This document shows positions 37,754-48,476 of a stretch of DNA of 62,814 bases, piece after piece (the stretch's first letter is position 1; each line of letters begins with the position of its first letter). The position numbers were made by a program, and so were the translations under genes. Source of the DNA: Deltaproteobacteria bacterium (GTDB lineage: Bacteria; Myxococcota; Myxococcia; SLRQ01); contig JARGFU010000001.1 in the NCBI GenBank assembly GCA_029210625.1, positions 6,992-69,805 of the forward strand, in the 5' to 3' direction. Below the pieces are notes generated by a model. It was not told where the DNA came from and did no database searches. It worked only from the letters and a program-made list of their open reading frames with translations.

Positions 37754-38472
37754 CCCACGGCTTCCCCCGGGCCCCCGCCCACGGGCTGCCGCCCGTAGAA
37801 GATGCTCATCACCCAGAGGGAGGTGGCCGTGAGGATGTGCCAGTAGGCGTGGCCCTGGAAGACGTGATCGGTGGGGTCGCAGTAGACCCGCGAGAGGTCG
37901 AGGGCCGAGAAGGTCGCGCCGGCGCCCAGGAGGATCAGGCCGACGACGAAGAGGCCCAGCGCGGTGGCCGGCAGCTTCTTCACCCGCAGGTAGACCTCCT
38001 GCCCGACGATCACGAGGATCAGGACGAAGACCAGCATCTGGATCGGCAGCTCGAGGGCGAAGCCCACGGGCACGAGCGCGCTCATCCCGATCACGCCCCC
38101 GAGGTACCAGCGCATCCCCCGCTGGCTGCTCACCGCGCCGAGGCGGCGCAGGTTGAGCACGAGGGGGAGGAAGGCGAAGAGGAACATCGCGACGAAGTCG
38201 AAGAACTGGAAGAAGAAGGTGTAGGAGGCGTGGAAGATCCCCGAGAGGAGCCCCACGACGATCGCCACCGGCCCGAAGGCCCGCAGCAGGGGATCCGGGT
38301 GCCGCCGCAGGCTGTAGGTCATCCAGAGGCCGAAGAGGACGTAGGCGAGGTTCGACCAGGTACCCGCCGGGTTCACCACCCACGCGCAGAGGTTCTCCTC
38401 GCACCAGTCGATGTTCGGCGGCGTCCAGTCGGCCCAGGGGCAGCCTTCGGGCAGGGGGGGGACGGTCATCAT
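37750..38472 (-). CDS. Ceramidase/CREST-family 7-TM putative hydrolase
   Basis: ATGATG start with AGGAGC upstream. IDWCEENLCAWVVNPAGTWSNLAY resembles the alkaline-ceramidase signature. A conserved HAYWH is also present. Confidence 0.65.
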   Translation of the reverse strand: MMTVPPLPEGCPWADWTPPNIDWCEENLCAWVVNPAGTWSNLAYVLFGLWMTYSLRRHPDPLLRAFGPVAIVVGLLSGIFHASYTFFFQFFDFVAMFLFAFLPLVLNLRRLGAVSSQRGMRWYLGGVIGMSALVPVGFALELPIQMLVFVLILVIVGQEVYLRVKKLPATALGLFVVGLILLGAGATFSALDLSRVYCDPTDHVFQGHAYWHILTATSLWVMSIFYGRQPVGGGPGEAVG

Positions 38473-38652
38473 GGTGGAGCTCCTCGTGCGGTCGGCGGCG
38501 CATTCGCCTGCCCGCGGCATCCTACCTTCTTCGCGACGCACGGGGGGTCTTCGCGCGCGCCCCCATCGATCCGCTATGATTCCGGGTGTTCCCTCCGGCA
38601 GCCTCGCCCCACCTCGCGAGAGGCTCTTCCGGAGGGAGAGGAGGAGCGCACC

Positions 38653-40452
38653 ATGCGAGCGAAGATCGGCCTCGTCACCCTGCTGCTGATGGTCCTGGGT
38701 GGCTGCACCTGCGGCACCAAGGTGGATGACACGGTCACCGGCGTCCGGGTGACCGTCGACTACGAGCAGGCCCTGGGCCTCGATCAGCTGCGCTTCCTCG
38801 GTGAGCTCGAGAGTAGCCCCGGCGTCGCGGCCTTCCCCTCCGGCGTCTTCCCCGAGGATCCCACGCCCCTCGAGGCGGGCAGCGACAGCGTCGTGATCCT
38901 GGTAGACGAGGCCCTCGCCGGCGAGAACCTCATCATCACGGTCGAGGGGCTCTCCGGCGGCTCGGTCGTCGCGAGCGCCTCGACCACGGTCCCCCTGGTC
39001 CAGTCCGTGATCCGCGAGGCCAGCGTCAGCCTCACGGCGACGGCCAGCTGCGGCGACGGCACCTGCGACGCGGCCAGCGAGGACACCTGCTCCTGCCCCG
39101 CCGACTGCGGCGGCCCCGGGACCTGCGGCGACGACCTCTGCTGCGCCGGTGAGGGCGAGACCGCCACCACCTGCCCCGCCGACTGCGCCCCCCCCTCCTG
39201 CGGGGACAGCATCTGTGGCGTGGGCGAGGACCCCTGCTCCTGCCCGGGCGACTGCATCATCGACTCCTGCAGCGACGGCTGCTGCTCGGGGGCCGAGACC
39301 CTCGCGAGCTGCCCCGCCGACTGCTCGGTCTGCGGCGACGGCTCCTGCACCGGCAGCGAGGACGCCACCTCCTGCCCCGCCGACTGCGGCGGGGCGAACT
39401 GCGGCGACGGCACCTGCGACCCCACCGAGACCTTCGCCTCCTGCCCCGCCGACTGCTCGACCTGCAACACCGACGGCGCCTGCGACCCCACCGAGACCTT
39501 CGCCTCCTGCCCCGCCGACTGCTCGACCTGCGACGCCGACGGCACCTGCGACCCCACCGAGGACTTCGCCTCGTGCCCGGCCGACTGCGCCACCTGCAAC
39601 ACCGACGGCACCTGCGACCCCACCGAGACCTTCGCCTCCTGCCCCGCCGACTGCTCGACCTGCAACACCGACGGCGCCTGCGACCCCACCGAGACCTTCG
39701 CCTCCTGCCCCGCCGACTGCTCGACCTGCGACGCCGACGGCACCTGCGACCCCACCGAGACCTTCGCCTCGTGCCCGGCCGACTGCGCCACCTGCAACAC
39801 CGACGGCGCCTGCGACCCCACCGAGACCTCCCTCTCCTGCCCGACCGACTGCGTCTGCAACGCGGACGGCACCTGCGACGCCGGCGAGGACGCCACCAAC
39901 TGCGCCGCCGACTGCGCGGTCTGCACCAGCTGCGCCGGGGGGACATGCTCCGAGACCTGCGCCGCGAGCTGCAACCCCTCCTGCTCGAGCGGCTGCACCT
40001 GCGACTACGACTGCACCAGCCAGAACAACTGCAGCCCCTTCTGCCTCGACGGCGCCGACTGCACGATGAACTGCTCGGGCACCGCGGGCAACTGCTCCCC
40101 CGAGTGCTTCGGCAGCTCCACCTGCGCCGTCCTCTGCGAGAACTCCGGCAACACCTGCAACCTCGAGTGCCGGGACAGCGCCACCTGCAGCTCCACCTGC
40201 ACCGGCCCGACCAGCTGCGATGCGCACTGCCACGATCAGGCCACCTGCGACTACGACTGCGCGAACATCACCACCGGCAGCTGCACCGGCGTCCGCTGCG
40301 AGAGCGACGGCGGCTGCCTGCTCAACTGCGGGAGCGTGCCGACCACCAACTGCAGCTTCGACCGCTGCCGGGACAGCCAGGGCAACAACTTCACTCCGGT
40401 GGACTGCTACGGCGACGGCACGCTCTTCGCCTGCAACCGCGCCTGCCCCTGA
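38653..40452 (+). CDS. Lipoprotein made of tandem Cys-rich repeats (SCPADCSTCNTDGACDPTETFA type)
   Basis: ATG at 38653. Lipobox LMVLGGCTCG. About 7 near-identical 20-aa repeats, then further Cys-rich modules to the C-terminus. Confidence 0.75.
   Translation: MRAKIGLVTLLLMVLGGCTCGTKVDDTVTGVRVTVDYEQALGLDQLRFLGELESSPGVAAFPSGVFPEDPTPLEAGSDSVVILVDEALAGENLIITVEGLSGGSVVASASTTVPLVQSVIREASVSLTATASCGDGTCDAASEDTCSCPADCGGPGTCGDDLCCAGEGETATTCPADCAPPSCGDSICGVGEDPCSCPGDCIIDSCSDGCCSGAETLASCPADCSVCGDGSCTGSEDATSCPADCGGANCGDGTCDPTETFASCPADCSTCNTDGACDPTETFASCPADCSTCDADGTCDPTEDFASCPADCATCNTDGTCDPTETFASCPADCSTCNTDGACDPTETFASCPADCSTCDADGTCDPTETFASCPADCATCNTDGACDPTETSLSCPTDCVCNADGTCDAGEDATNCAADCAVCTSCAGGTCSETCAASCNPSCSSGCTCDYDCTSQNNCSPFCLDGADCTMNCSGTAGNCSPECFGSSTCAVLCENSGNTCNLECRDSATCSSTCTGPTSCDAHCHDQATCDYDCANITTGSCTGVRCESDGGCLLNCGSVPTTNCSFDRCRDSQGNNFTPVDCYGDGTLFACNRACP
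39410..39850 (+). repeat. ~60-bp near-perfect tandem repeat, about 7 copies, inside the CDS
   Basis: Period 60 nt (tgcgaccccaccgagaccttcgcctcctgccccgccgactgctcgacctgcaacaccgacggcgcc). Not a CRISPR array: no unique spacers, and it is coding. Confidence 0.85.
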
Positions 40453-40522
40453 TCCGGAGTCGGCCTGCGGCGCCCCCCGCCGACCCCGAGGGGTGAGCGG
40501 GGGTCCGCGGCGCGCGGCGACC

Positions 40523-42586
40523 TCAGCCCCGCCGGCGGCGGGTGCGCAGGGCCAGCAGGCCACCGATCAGCGCGAGGCCGAGGAGGCCGGGCCGGCCCTC
40601 GCCGGTGCTGCCGCAGTCGCAGCCCTCGCCCTCCTCGGGCGGCTCGGCGCCGCAGTCGCTGTCATGCTCCTCGCAGCCCGCGGGGCAGCAGCCGTCGTCC
40701 GGGACGCAGGCGGTGATGGCGCTGCGCGTGCAGAGCAGATCGCAGCTCGCGGCCGAGCCGAAGGCCGCGTCGGCGGTGCAGGCGTCGCCGTCGTCACAGG
40801 ACGCCGGGCAGTCCCCGTCGCAGGTCTCGCCGCCCTCGACGATCCCGTTGCCGCAGGTCTGCGCCGCGCAGTCGCTGTCGTTGGCTGAGGTGCACCCCGG
40901 CGCGCAGCAGCCGTCCCCCGAGGTGCAGGCGCCGATGGCGTCGTTCCGGCAGGCGAGATCGCAGGTCTCGGAGGAGCCGGTCATGGCGTCGGTGGTGCAG
41001 ACGTCGCCGTCGTCGCAGGTCGCCGGGCAGTCCCCGTCGCAGGTCTCGCCGGCCTCGACCACCCCGTTGCCGCAGGTGGCGGGCGAGGCGCAGTCCGAGT
41101 CGCCCGCTGCCGCGCAGCCGCCGGGGCAGCAGCCGTCGCCTCCGATGCAGGCGCTGATCCGGGCGTTGACGCAGACCAGGTCACAGGTGGAGAACTCACC
41201 GGTCTGGCTGTCGATGGTGCAGGCGTCCGCGTCGTCGCAGGTCGTGGGGCAGTTCCCGTCGCAGATCTCGCTCCCCTCGACGACCCCGTTGCCGCAGACC
41301 GGCGCGCTGCCGCAGTCGTCGTCGTTCTGCCAGGTGCAGCCGGGCGCACAGCAGCCGTCGCCGTTGGTGCACGCCGTGATCGAGGCGTGGGTGCAGGCCA
41401 TGTCACAGGTGGAGGGATCGCCCGCCTGCTGGTCGGTGGTGCAGGCGTCGCCGTCGTCGCAGGTCGAAGGGCAGATGGCGAGCGGATCGCAGGTCTCCCC
41501 GGCCGCGGTGTTCAGGGTGCCGTCGTCGCAGGCCACGAAGGTGCAGTCGGCGTCACAGGTGGCGGTCTGGCCGCCCTCGTCGCAGTCCTCGCCGGCGTCG
41601 ACGAAGCCGTTGCCGCAGCCCCCACTGGCGCAGTCGGAGTCGTTGCCCGGGTTGCAGCCCGGGGCGCAGCAGCCGTCGCCGCCGGTGCAGGTCGTGATCG
41701 GGGCGTTGGTGCAGGCCAGGTCACAGGTGGCCGCGCTGCCGGTCTGGCTGTCGCTGGTGCAGACGTTGCCGTCGTCGCAGGTGCCCGGGCAGCTCGAGAT
41801 GGGATCGCAGGTCTCCCCGGCCGTGGTGTTCAGGGTGCCGTCGTCGCAGACCACGGCGGTGCAGTCGGCGTCGCAGGTGGCCGACTCGCCCCCGTCGTCG
41901 CAGGCCTCCGTCCCCTCGACGCTGCCGTTGCCGCAGACCGCCGTGGAGCAGTCCGGATCGGCGCCGTCGTAGACGTCGTCCCCGTCGTTGTCGAGGCCCT
42001 CGGTGAGGCCAGCGAAGTCCTCGCTCCCGTCGAGGTTGCAGGGATCGGTGGGGATCGAGGGGTGACCGGTGCCGGGGCTGGCGTAGTAGGGCGGTGAGAT
42101 CTCCTCCCCCACGGGGGTGTAGTTGACCGGGTTGGCGTCCTGGTGGCAGCTGGCGCAGACGGTGGTCCCCTTGCGGTAGTGGTGCTGACGCAGCCCGGCT
42201 CCGCGGCCCCCGTAGGAGGGGAAGTCCGGGTTGGAGGAGGTGTTGTCCTCCTCCCGCCCGTGGCAGCCCACGCAGGCGATGGCCAGCAGCCCCGCGCCGC
42301 CGTTCGAGCTGTTCAGCAGCACCGGGAAGCGACTCGGCCCGTGGCAGGTGTCGCAGTCACCACCGAGCATGTCCGCGCGGTGGATCACATGATTGTTGCC
42401 CCAGCTCTGCCCGTCGGTGCTGGAGGTGTAGCTGTTGGAGCGGAAGTCACCATGGCAGGCACGGCAGTTGGTGGCGTCCTTGTTCTGGCTGTACCGGTCG
42501 TAGGCGCGCGCCTCACCGGGCCCGAACGATAGGAACAAGGCGATCGCGATCAGGGCAGAGACCTTCCAGAGCGACTTCGCGTTCAT
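40523..42586 (-). CDS. Secreted tetra-heme c-type cytochrome domain fused to Myxococcus cysteine-rich repeats, with a MYXO-CTERM tail
   Basis: Signal peptide. Four CxxCH motifs (CRACH, CDTCH, CVGCH, CASCH) in the first ~180 aa. About 6 repeats of the CGNGxVExGExCD...CDDGDxCTxD...GDGCCAPGC type. Terminal [33 protein letters not shown]. Confidence 0.8.
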   Translation of the reverse strand: MNAKSLWKVSALIAIALFLSFGPGEARAYDRYSQNKDATNCRACHGDFRSNSYTSSTDGQSWGNNHVIHRADMLGGDCDTCHGPSRFPVLLNSSNGGAGLLAIACVGCHGREEDNTSSNPDFPSYGGRGAGLRQHHYRKGTTVCASCHQDANPVNYTPVGEEISPPYYASPGTGHPSIPTDPCNLDGSEDFAGLTEGLDNDGDDVYDGADPDCSTAVCGNGSVEGTEACDDGGESATCDADCTAVVCDDGTLNTTAGETCDPISSCPGTCDDGNVCTSDSQTGSAATCDLACTNAPITTCTGGDGCCAPGCNPGNDSDCASGGCGNGFVDAGEDCDEGGQTATCDADCTFVACDDGTLNTAAGETCDPLAICPSTCDDGDACTTDQQAGDPSTCDMACTHASITACTNGDGCCAPGCTWQNDDDCGSAPVCGNGVVEGSEICDGNCPTTCDDADACTIDSQTGEFSTCDLVCVNARISACIGGDGCCPGGCAAAGDSDCASPATCGNGVVEAGETCDGDCPATCDDGDVCTTDAMTGSSETCDLACRNDAIGACTSGDGCCAPGCTSANDSDCAAQTCGNGIVEGGETCDGDCPASCDDGDACTADAAFGSAASCDLLCTRSAITACVPDDGCCPAGCEEHDSDCGAEPPEEGEGCDCGSTGEGRPGLLGLALIGGLLALRTRRRRG

Positions 42587-42646
42587 GGTTCCCCTCCTCC
42601 AGGGAGTCTAGATCATCCAGCACCTGCTCTCGTAGAGTCCCCGGCG

Positions 42647-44383
<1,737 letters not shown>

Positions 44384-44395
44384 GAGGACGATTCC

Positions 44396-44872
44396 ATGAT
44401 CACCAGGGAAGAGCTGGCGAGCGCCCCCTTCTTCGGCGCCCTCGACGAGCAGGAGCAAGCCCTGCTCGCGGGCGTCGCCCGCCGCGGCAGCGCGGCGGCG
44501 GGGGAGGCGATCTTCAAGGCCGGCGAGCGGAGCCGGACCCTCTACGTCGTGATCGACGGCCTGGTCTCCCTCCGGCAGAAGGCCCGGGTCGGCAAGGCGG
44601 AGACCACCATGGCCGCGGGGAGGCCCGGCGAGGTCATCGGCGTCTCGGCGATGCTGGAGGGCGAGGGCGTCCACTCGGTCAGCGGCGTCTGCCTGGAGGC
44701 GACCGAGTTCATCGAGCTCGACGTCCCCGACCTGATGAAGGCCCTGGAGGCCGAGCCCGCGGTGGGCCTGCGCATCCTGCGGCGCCTCACCCTCCTGCTG
44801 GCCGAGCGGCTGGCGGCGGCGCGGGCGCAGCTCGGAAGCCAGACCCGCGAGGGCCTGATCTCCCACGGCTGA
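44396..44872 (+). CDS. Cyclic-nucleotide-binding domain protein
   Basis: cNMP-binding beta-roll pattern (FKAGERSRTLYVVIDGLVSL ... GEVIGVSAML). Confidence 0.7.
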   Translation: MITREELASAPFFGALDEQEQALLAGVARRGSAAAGEAIFKAGERSRTLYVVIDGLVSLRQKARVGKAETTMAAGRPGEVIGVSAMLEGEGVHSVSGVCLEATEFIELDVPDLMKALEAEPAVGLRILRRLTLLLAERLAAARAQLGSQTREGLISHG

Positions 44873-44884
44873 GGTGGACGGCCC

Positions 44885-45535
44885 CTAGGGGCAGTTCACG
44901 TCGTTGTAGGTGTTGAAGGGCTCGCCGCCGGGGGCGGACGCCTCCTCCCCGATCCGGCCGGTGGGGCAGGTGCCGCCGGTCGTGCCGTCCTCGGTGGAGA
45001 TGAACCAGGTGTCCACGTTCGAGTCGTCGTCGAGGTTCCCCGCGGCCACGGCGGTGAAGCCGCAGACGGGGCAGAGCCCCTCGTCCTGGACGCCCGGCAG
45101 GGTCGTCATGGTCCCCACCGGCGACTGCCAGGTCACCGAGGGCATGCTGCCCCAGCCGGGGTTCGGGTTGGCCGTGGCGAACTTGAAGGTGTCCACCGAG
45201 ACGTACTCGGCGTTGCTGGCCGCGACCTCGGAGCCCACGGGATCGGTGCGATCGACCGAGTTCGCGGCGGTCCCCGAGTAGAAGGCGAAGCGGTTCGGCC
45301 GCTCGGGGCTGAAGCCCACGATCAGGATCTTGGAGGTGTACTCGTCGAACTCGGTGTAATAGGCCTTCTCGGCCGAGAAGAGCGCCTTGAGGTTGCTCTT
45401 GGCCTCGGACTGTCGGGCCTTGGCCTGGAACCGAACGAAGTTCGGGATCGCGATGGCGGCGAGGAGGCCGATGATGGCCACCACGATCATGAGCTCGATG
45501 AGGGTGAATCCACTCCCCGGGAACTTCCGACCCAT
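44885..45535 (-). CDS. pilA: Type IVa major pilin PilA
   Basis: Prepilin leader ending G|[24 protein letters not shown]. Strongly similar to M. xanthus PilA across its whole length, including the C-terminal Cys pairs. ATG at 45535; the GTG at 45547 is the alternative start. Confidence 0.85.
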   Translation of the reverse strand: MGRKFPGSGFTLIELMIVVAIIGLLAAIAIPNFVRFQAKARQSEAKSNLKALFSAEKAYYTEFDEYTSKILIVGFSPERPNRFAFYSGTAANSVDRTDPVGSEVAASNAEYVSVDTFKFATANPNPGWGSMPSVTWQSPVGTMTTLPGVQDEGLCPVCGFTAVAAGNLDDDSNVDTWFISTEDGTTGGTCPTGRIGEEASAPGGEPFNTYNDVNCP

Positions 45536-45607
45536 CTTCCCTTGCACTTCCCCAGGCTAACGGATGAGGCCGAGGATTCGCAACTTAGGCAGGTTCTGGC
45601 TTGCGCG

Positions 45608-46057
45608 ATGGCCCCTTTTGACGGCACGCTCGGGGAGCCAAGGGGGAAGAGCTTGACGACTCTCAACCAGACTCGGGCCAAGCCGCGGAGCCTGGTGGTC
45701 GACGACTGCCGGACGATCCTCGCGCTGGTCTCTCACCTCCTCAAGGACGCGGGCTACGAGGTCACCACCTGCGAGAACCCGATCCTGGTCCCGGCGCTCA
45801 TCTTCCGGGAGAAGATCGATCTGGTGCTCCTCGACGTGAGGATGCCCGGACTCACCGGGGAGTGGGTGGCCGAGACCGTCGCGGACAAGAACCGCAGCGG
45901 CGCCGCGCGGATCCTCTTCTACTCCTCCGAGCCCGAGGAGCACCTGAAGCACCTGGTCGAGTCGACCGGGGCGGCGGGCTACGTCCAGAAGTCGGCGGAC
46001 GACAGCACCCTCCTCCACACGATCTCCCGGATGCTCAATCAGCGAGGCGATGCATGA
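45608..46057 (+). CDS. Stand-alone CheY-like response regulator receiver
   Basis: LVVDDCRTIL. The phosphoacceptor Asp is in IDLVLLDVRMPGLTG. Overlaps the next gene (ATGA). Confidence 0.7.
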   Translation: MAPFDGTLGEPRGKSLTTLNQTRAKPRSLVVDDCRTILALVSHLLKDAGYEVTTCENPILVPALIFREKIDLVLLDVRMPGLTGEWVAETVADKNRSGAARILFYSSEPEEHLKHLVESTGAAGYVQKSADDSTLLHTISRMLNQRGDA

Positions 46058-46905
46058 ACCACGACGACGGAGCCCCGAGCTTCCTGGATCCCGAGAGCAG
46101 CCTGGTCCCCCTGAGCCAGCTCATGCGCACCCTCGAGCGAGATCTCGTCCGCACCGAGCGGACCCTGGACGTGTTGACCCTGGTGGTCCTCGAGTTCGAC
46201 GGCTGCCCCTCGCGCCCGCAAGAGCTCCCCGTCGAGGTGTGGGGCGAGGCGGTCCGGCGCCTCGCCGGCCGGATCGAGACCTGCATCCGGGCCAGCGATC
46301 AGGCCTTCGGCGGCCACTCCGGGCGCTTCGGGCTGGTCCTCCCGGGCACGCCCAAGGACGAGGCCCTCAGGGTCGCCGAGCGCCTGCGGCCCCGCGTGCC
46401 GGAGCTCTTCACCGATCTCCCCGGCGAGGCCGCCGACTGGACCGTGAGCTTCGGCCTGGCCGCCTACCCCGGAGACGCCAAAGAGGCGGGGGCCCTGTGG
46501 GAGAGCGCCGTCGAGGCCCTCGACGCGGCGCGGGAGAGCGGGGGTAACCGCAGCTGGCTCCACCAGGACGACCGGCGGAGCGCCCGCCGGGTCCCGGTGG
46601 ACCTCGGCGCCATGGTCCATCCCCTCGGCAGGGACCCCGTCGAGGCGAGGGTCGTGAACCTGAGCGAGGTGGGCCTGGCCCTCGAGACCACCGTGACGCT
46701 CCCGCGGGGCAACCTCCTCGAGATCCGCTTCGAGGACGGCGAGGGGGGAGAGCTCGCCGCCTGCGCCCGGGTCGCCTGGAGCCGGGACACCGCCTCCGGA
46801 GGCCAGCACCTCGGGGTCCGCTTCATCGAGACCAGCTCGGCGCACCGCTTCCGGCTCCAGCGCCTGCTGGAGCGGGCCCGCGCGGCCGCCACCGAGAGCG
46901 AGTGA
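46054..46905 (+). CDS. Degenerate GGDEF-like domain fused to a C-terminal PilZ domain (candidate c-di-GMP effector)
   Basis: GGDEF-like region carries GGHSGRF in place of GGEEF. PilZ motifs RRSARRVPV and NLSEVGLAL (D/NxSxxG). Confidence 0.65.
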   Translation: MNHDDGAPSFLDPESSLVPLSQLMRTLERDLVRTERTLDVLTLVVLEFDGCPSRPQELPVEVWGEAVRRLAGRIETCIRASDQAFGGHSGRFGLVLPGTPKDEALRVAERLRPRVPELFTDLPGEAADWTVSFGLAAYPGDAKEAGALWESAVEALDAARESGGNRSWLHQDDRRSARRVPVDLGAMVHPLGRDPVEARVVNLSEVGLALETTVTLPRGNLLEIRFEDGEGGELAACARVAWSRDTASGGQHLGVRFIETSSAHRFRLQRLLERARAAATESE

Positions 46906-46912
46906 GGCCCCT

Positions 46913-47491
46913 TCAGGGCTGGATCGCCTCCCGCCGGTAGGGCACGTCGCACTCCTCGCAGCCGATGAGCTTGGAGTGCATCCAGCAGCCGACGCAGAAG
47001 CCGAGGGTCGCCTCCAGCCAGGTCAGCACGAAGCAGATCGCCACCACCGAGATCAGCCAGACGGTGGCGAAGTCGAGGAGGCGCATCGTCAGGCAGACCA
47101 CCCCGAGGGAGCCCCCGAGGATCCAGGCGAAGCGCTTGGGGGCCGCGGGCTTCCAGGTCGGCCGGAAGCGGAAGGTCGCCACCGTCCCGACGATGCCCGT
47201 GGGAGGGAAGGGCGTCAGGCCGAAGGCGGCCGCCGTGAACATGTCGAAGATCACGTAGGGGCCCACGTAGATCACCGGGTCGAGCTCGGGGGCGAAGATC
47301 AACAGCCCGATGGTCGTGGCCGAGAGGGCGTTGAGCAGCCCGGCCCGGGCCCGGGTGGCGGTCTCGTTGACCCGGGCCACACTTGATCCGGGCAGCTCCT
47401 GACCCTGTCGCCACCAGGGCCGGCTCAGGAAGGTATGGAACTCGGGATGGTCGTGCATGGAAAGGTCCGGTTGGGGTACGGTTTCCATCAT
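46913..47491 (-). CDS. DUF4395-family membrane protein
   Basis: 4 TM helices and C-terminal GFCVGCWMHSKLIGCEEC. Confidence 0.6.
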   Translation of the reverse strand: MMETVPQPDLSMHDHPEFHTFLSRPWWRQGQELPGSSVARVNETATRARAGLLNALSATTIGLLIFAPELDPVIYVGPYVIFDMFTAAAFGLTPFPPTGIVGTVATFRFRPTWKPAAPKRFAWILGGSLGVVCLTMRLLDFATVWLISVVAICFVLTWLEATLGFCVGCWMHSKLIGCEECDVPYRREAIQP

Positions 47492-47570
47492 GCCCTCCTT
47501 TCGGCGGTCTTGTCCGCCCCGAGGTCGCCCGTGAATCCTTTTGTTTCAGCCGAGGCACCCAAGAGAAGCG

Positions 47571-48476
47571 ATGCCCGGTAGACACGTACTCCTCGTCGAC
47601 GACTCGGCCAGTGTGCGGGCCGTGCTCCGTCTGGAGCTCGAGACCCTGGGCTTCTTCGTCACCGAGGCCATCGAGGTGGAGGCGGCCCGGGAGGCCCTGG
47701 CCGCCAACGACGACATCGACGCGGTCCTCCTCGACTGGCACCTGCCGGGGACCAGCGGCATCGACCTCCTGCGGGAGTGGATGGCCCACCCCCGCTACCG
47801 TTGGATCCCGGTGCTGATGATCACCTCCGACGAGGACCCGGCCCGGATCCGGGAGGCCCTCTCCGCCGGCGCCGTCGACTTCCTCCACAAGCCGCCGGAC
47901 ACCCTCGAGCTCCACGCCCGCCTCTCCTCGGCCCTGCGGATCAAGGCGCTCCACGACGAGCTGCGGACCCTGGCGATGCACGACTCGCTCACCGGGCTGC
48001 TGAACCGCCGGGCGCTCGACTACCGGCTCGAGGACGAGATCTCCCGGGCGATCCGCTACGAGCGCGACCTCTCGGTGGCCCTGATCGACGTCGACCACTT
48101 CAAGCAGGTCAACGACACCCACTCTCACTCGGTCGGCGACCGCGCCCTCGTCCACGTGGGCTCCCTGCTCACTCAGGGCCTGCGGCGGGCCGACACCGTC
48201 GCCCGCTGGGGTGGCGAGGAGTTCATCGTCGTCCTCCCCGAGACCGGCCTGGAGGACGCCGTCCACGCCGTCGACCGTATGCGCCAGGCCCTGGTCGAGG
48301 CGCCCTGCATCTGTGGGGGCAAGGAGCTGCCCCTCACCTGGAGCGCCGGCGTCGCCTCGCTCTCCAGCCTCGAGGACAAGCACCCCTCCACCCTCGTCGA
48401 CGCCGCCGATCAGGCCCTCTACCGGGCCAAGGCCGCCGGGCGGAACCAGGTCGTGGGCGGCCGCGCCGAGGACTGA
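47571..48476 (+). CDS. Response-regulator diguanylate cyclase (REC plus GGDEF with intact GGEEF)
   Basis: VLLVDDSASVR. Asp in LLDWHLPG. RWGGEEF active site. RxxD I-site region. Confidence 0.85.
   Translation: MPGRHVLLVDDSASVRAVLRLELETLGFFVTEAIEVEAAREALAANDDIDAVLLDWHLPGTSGIDLLREWMAHPRYRWIPVLMITSDEDPARIREALSAGAVDFLHKPPDTLELHARLSSALRIKALHDELRTLAMHDSLTGLLNRRALDYRLEDEISRAIRYERDLSVALIDVDHFKQVNDTHSHSVGDRALVHVGSLLTQGLRRADTVARWGGEEFIVVLPETGLEDAVHAVDRMRQALVEAPCICGGKELPLTWSAGVASLSSLEDKHPSTLVDAADQALYRAKAAGRNQVVGGRAED

Noticed and set aside
39410-39850. Possible CRISPR array (regular 60-bp periodic repeats)
   Set aside because: Units are contiguous with no unique spacers. They lie inside a CDS and encode a Cys-rich peptide repeat.
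39257-39946. Arg-rich 229-aa ORF (RRRSWWRPRRRRR...) and the Gln/Ser-repeat ORF 38784..39998
   Set aside because: Antisense or alternate-frame readouts of the 60-bp tandem repeat array in the Cys-rich lipoprotein gene. Their periodicity mirrors the coding repeats.
40542-41972. 476-aa Ser/Pro/Gln-rich ORF on + strand
   Set aside because: Antisense of the cytochrome/Cys-repeat gene. The repetitiveness is inherited from the coding strand.
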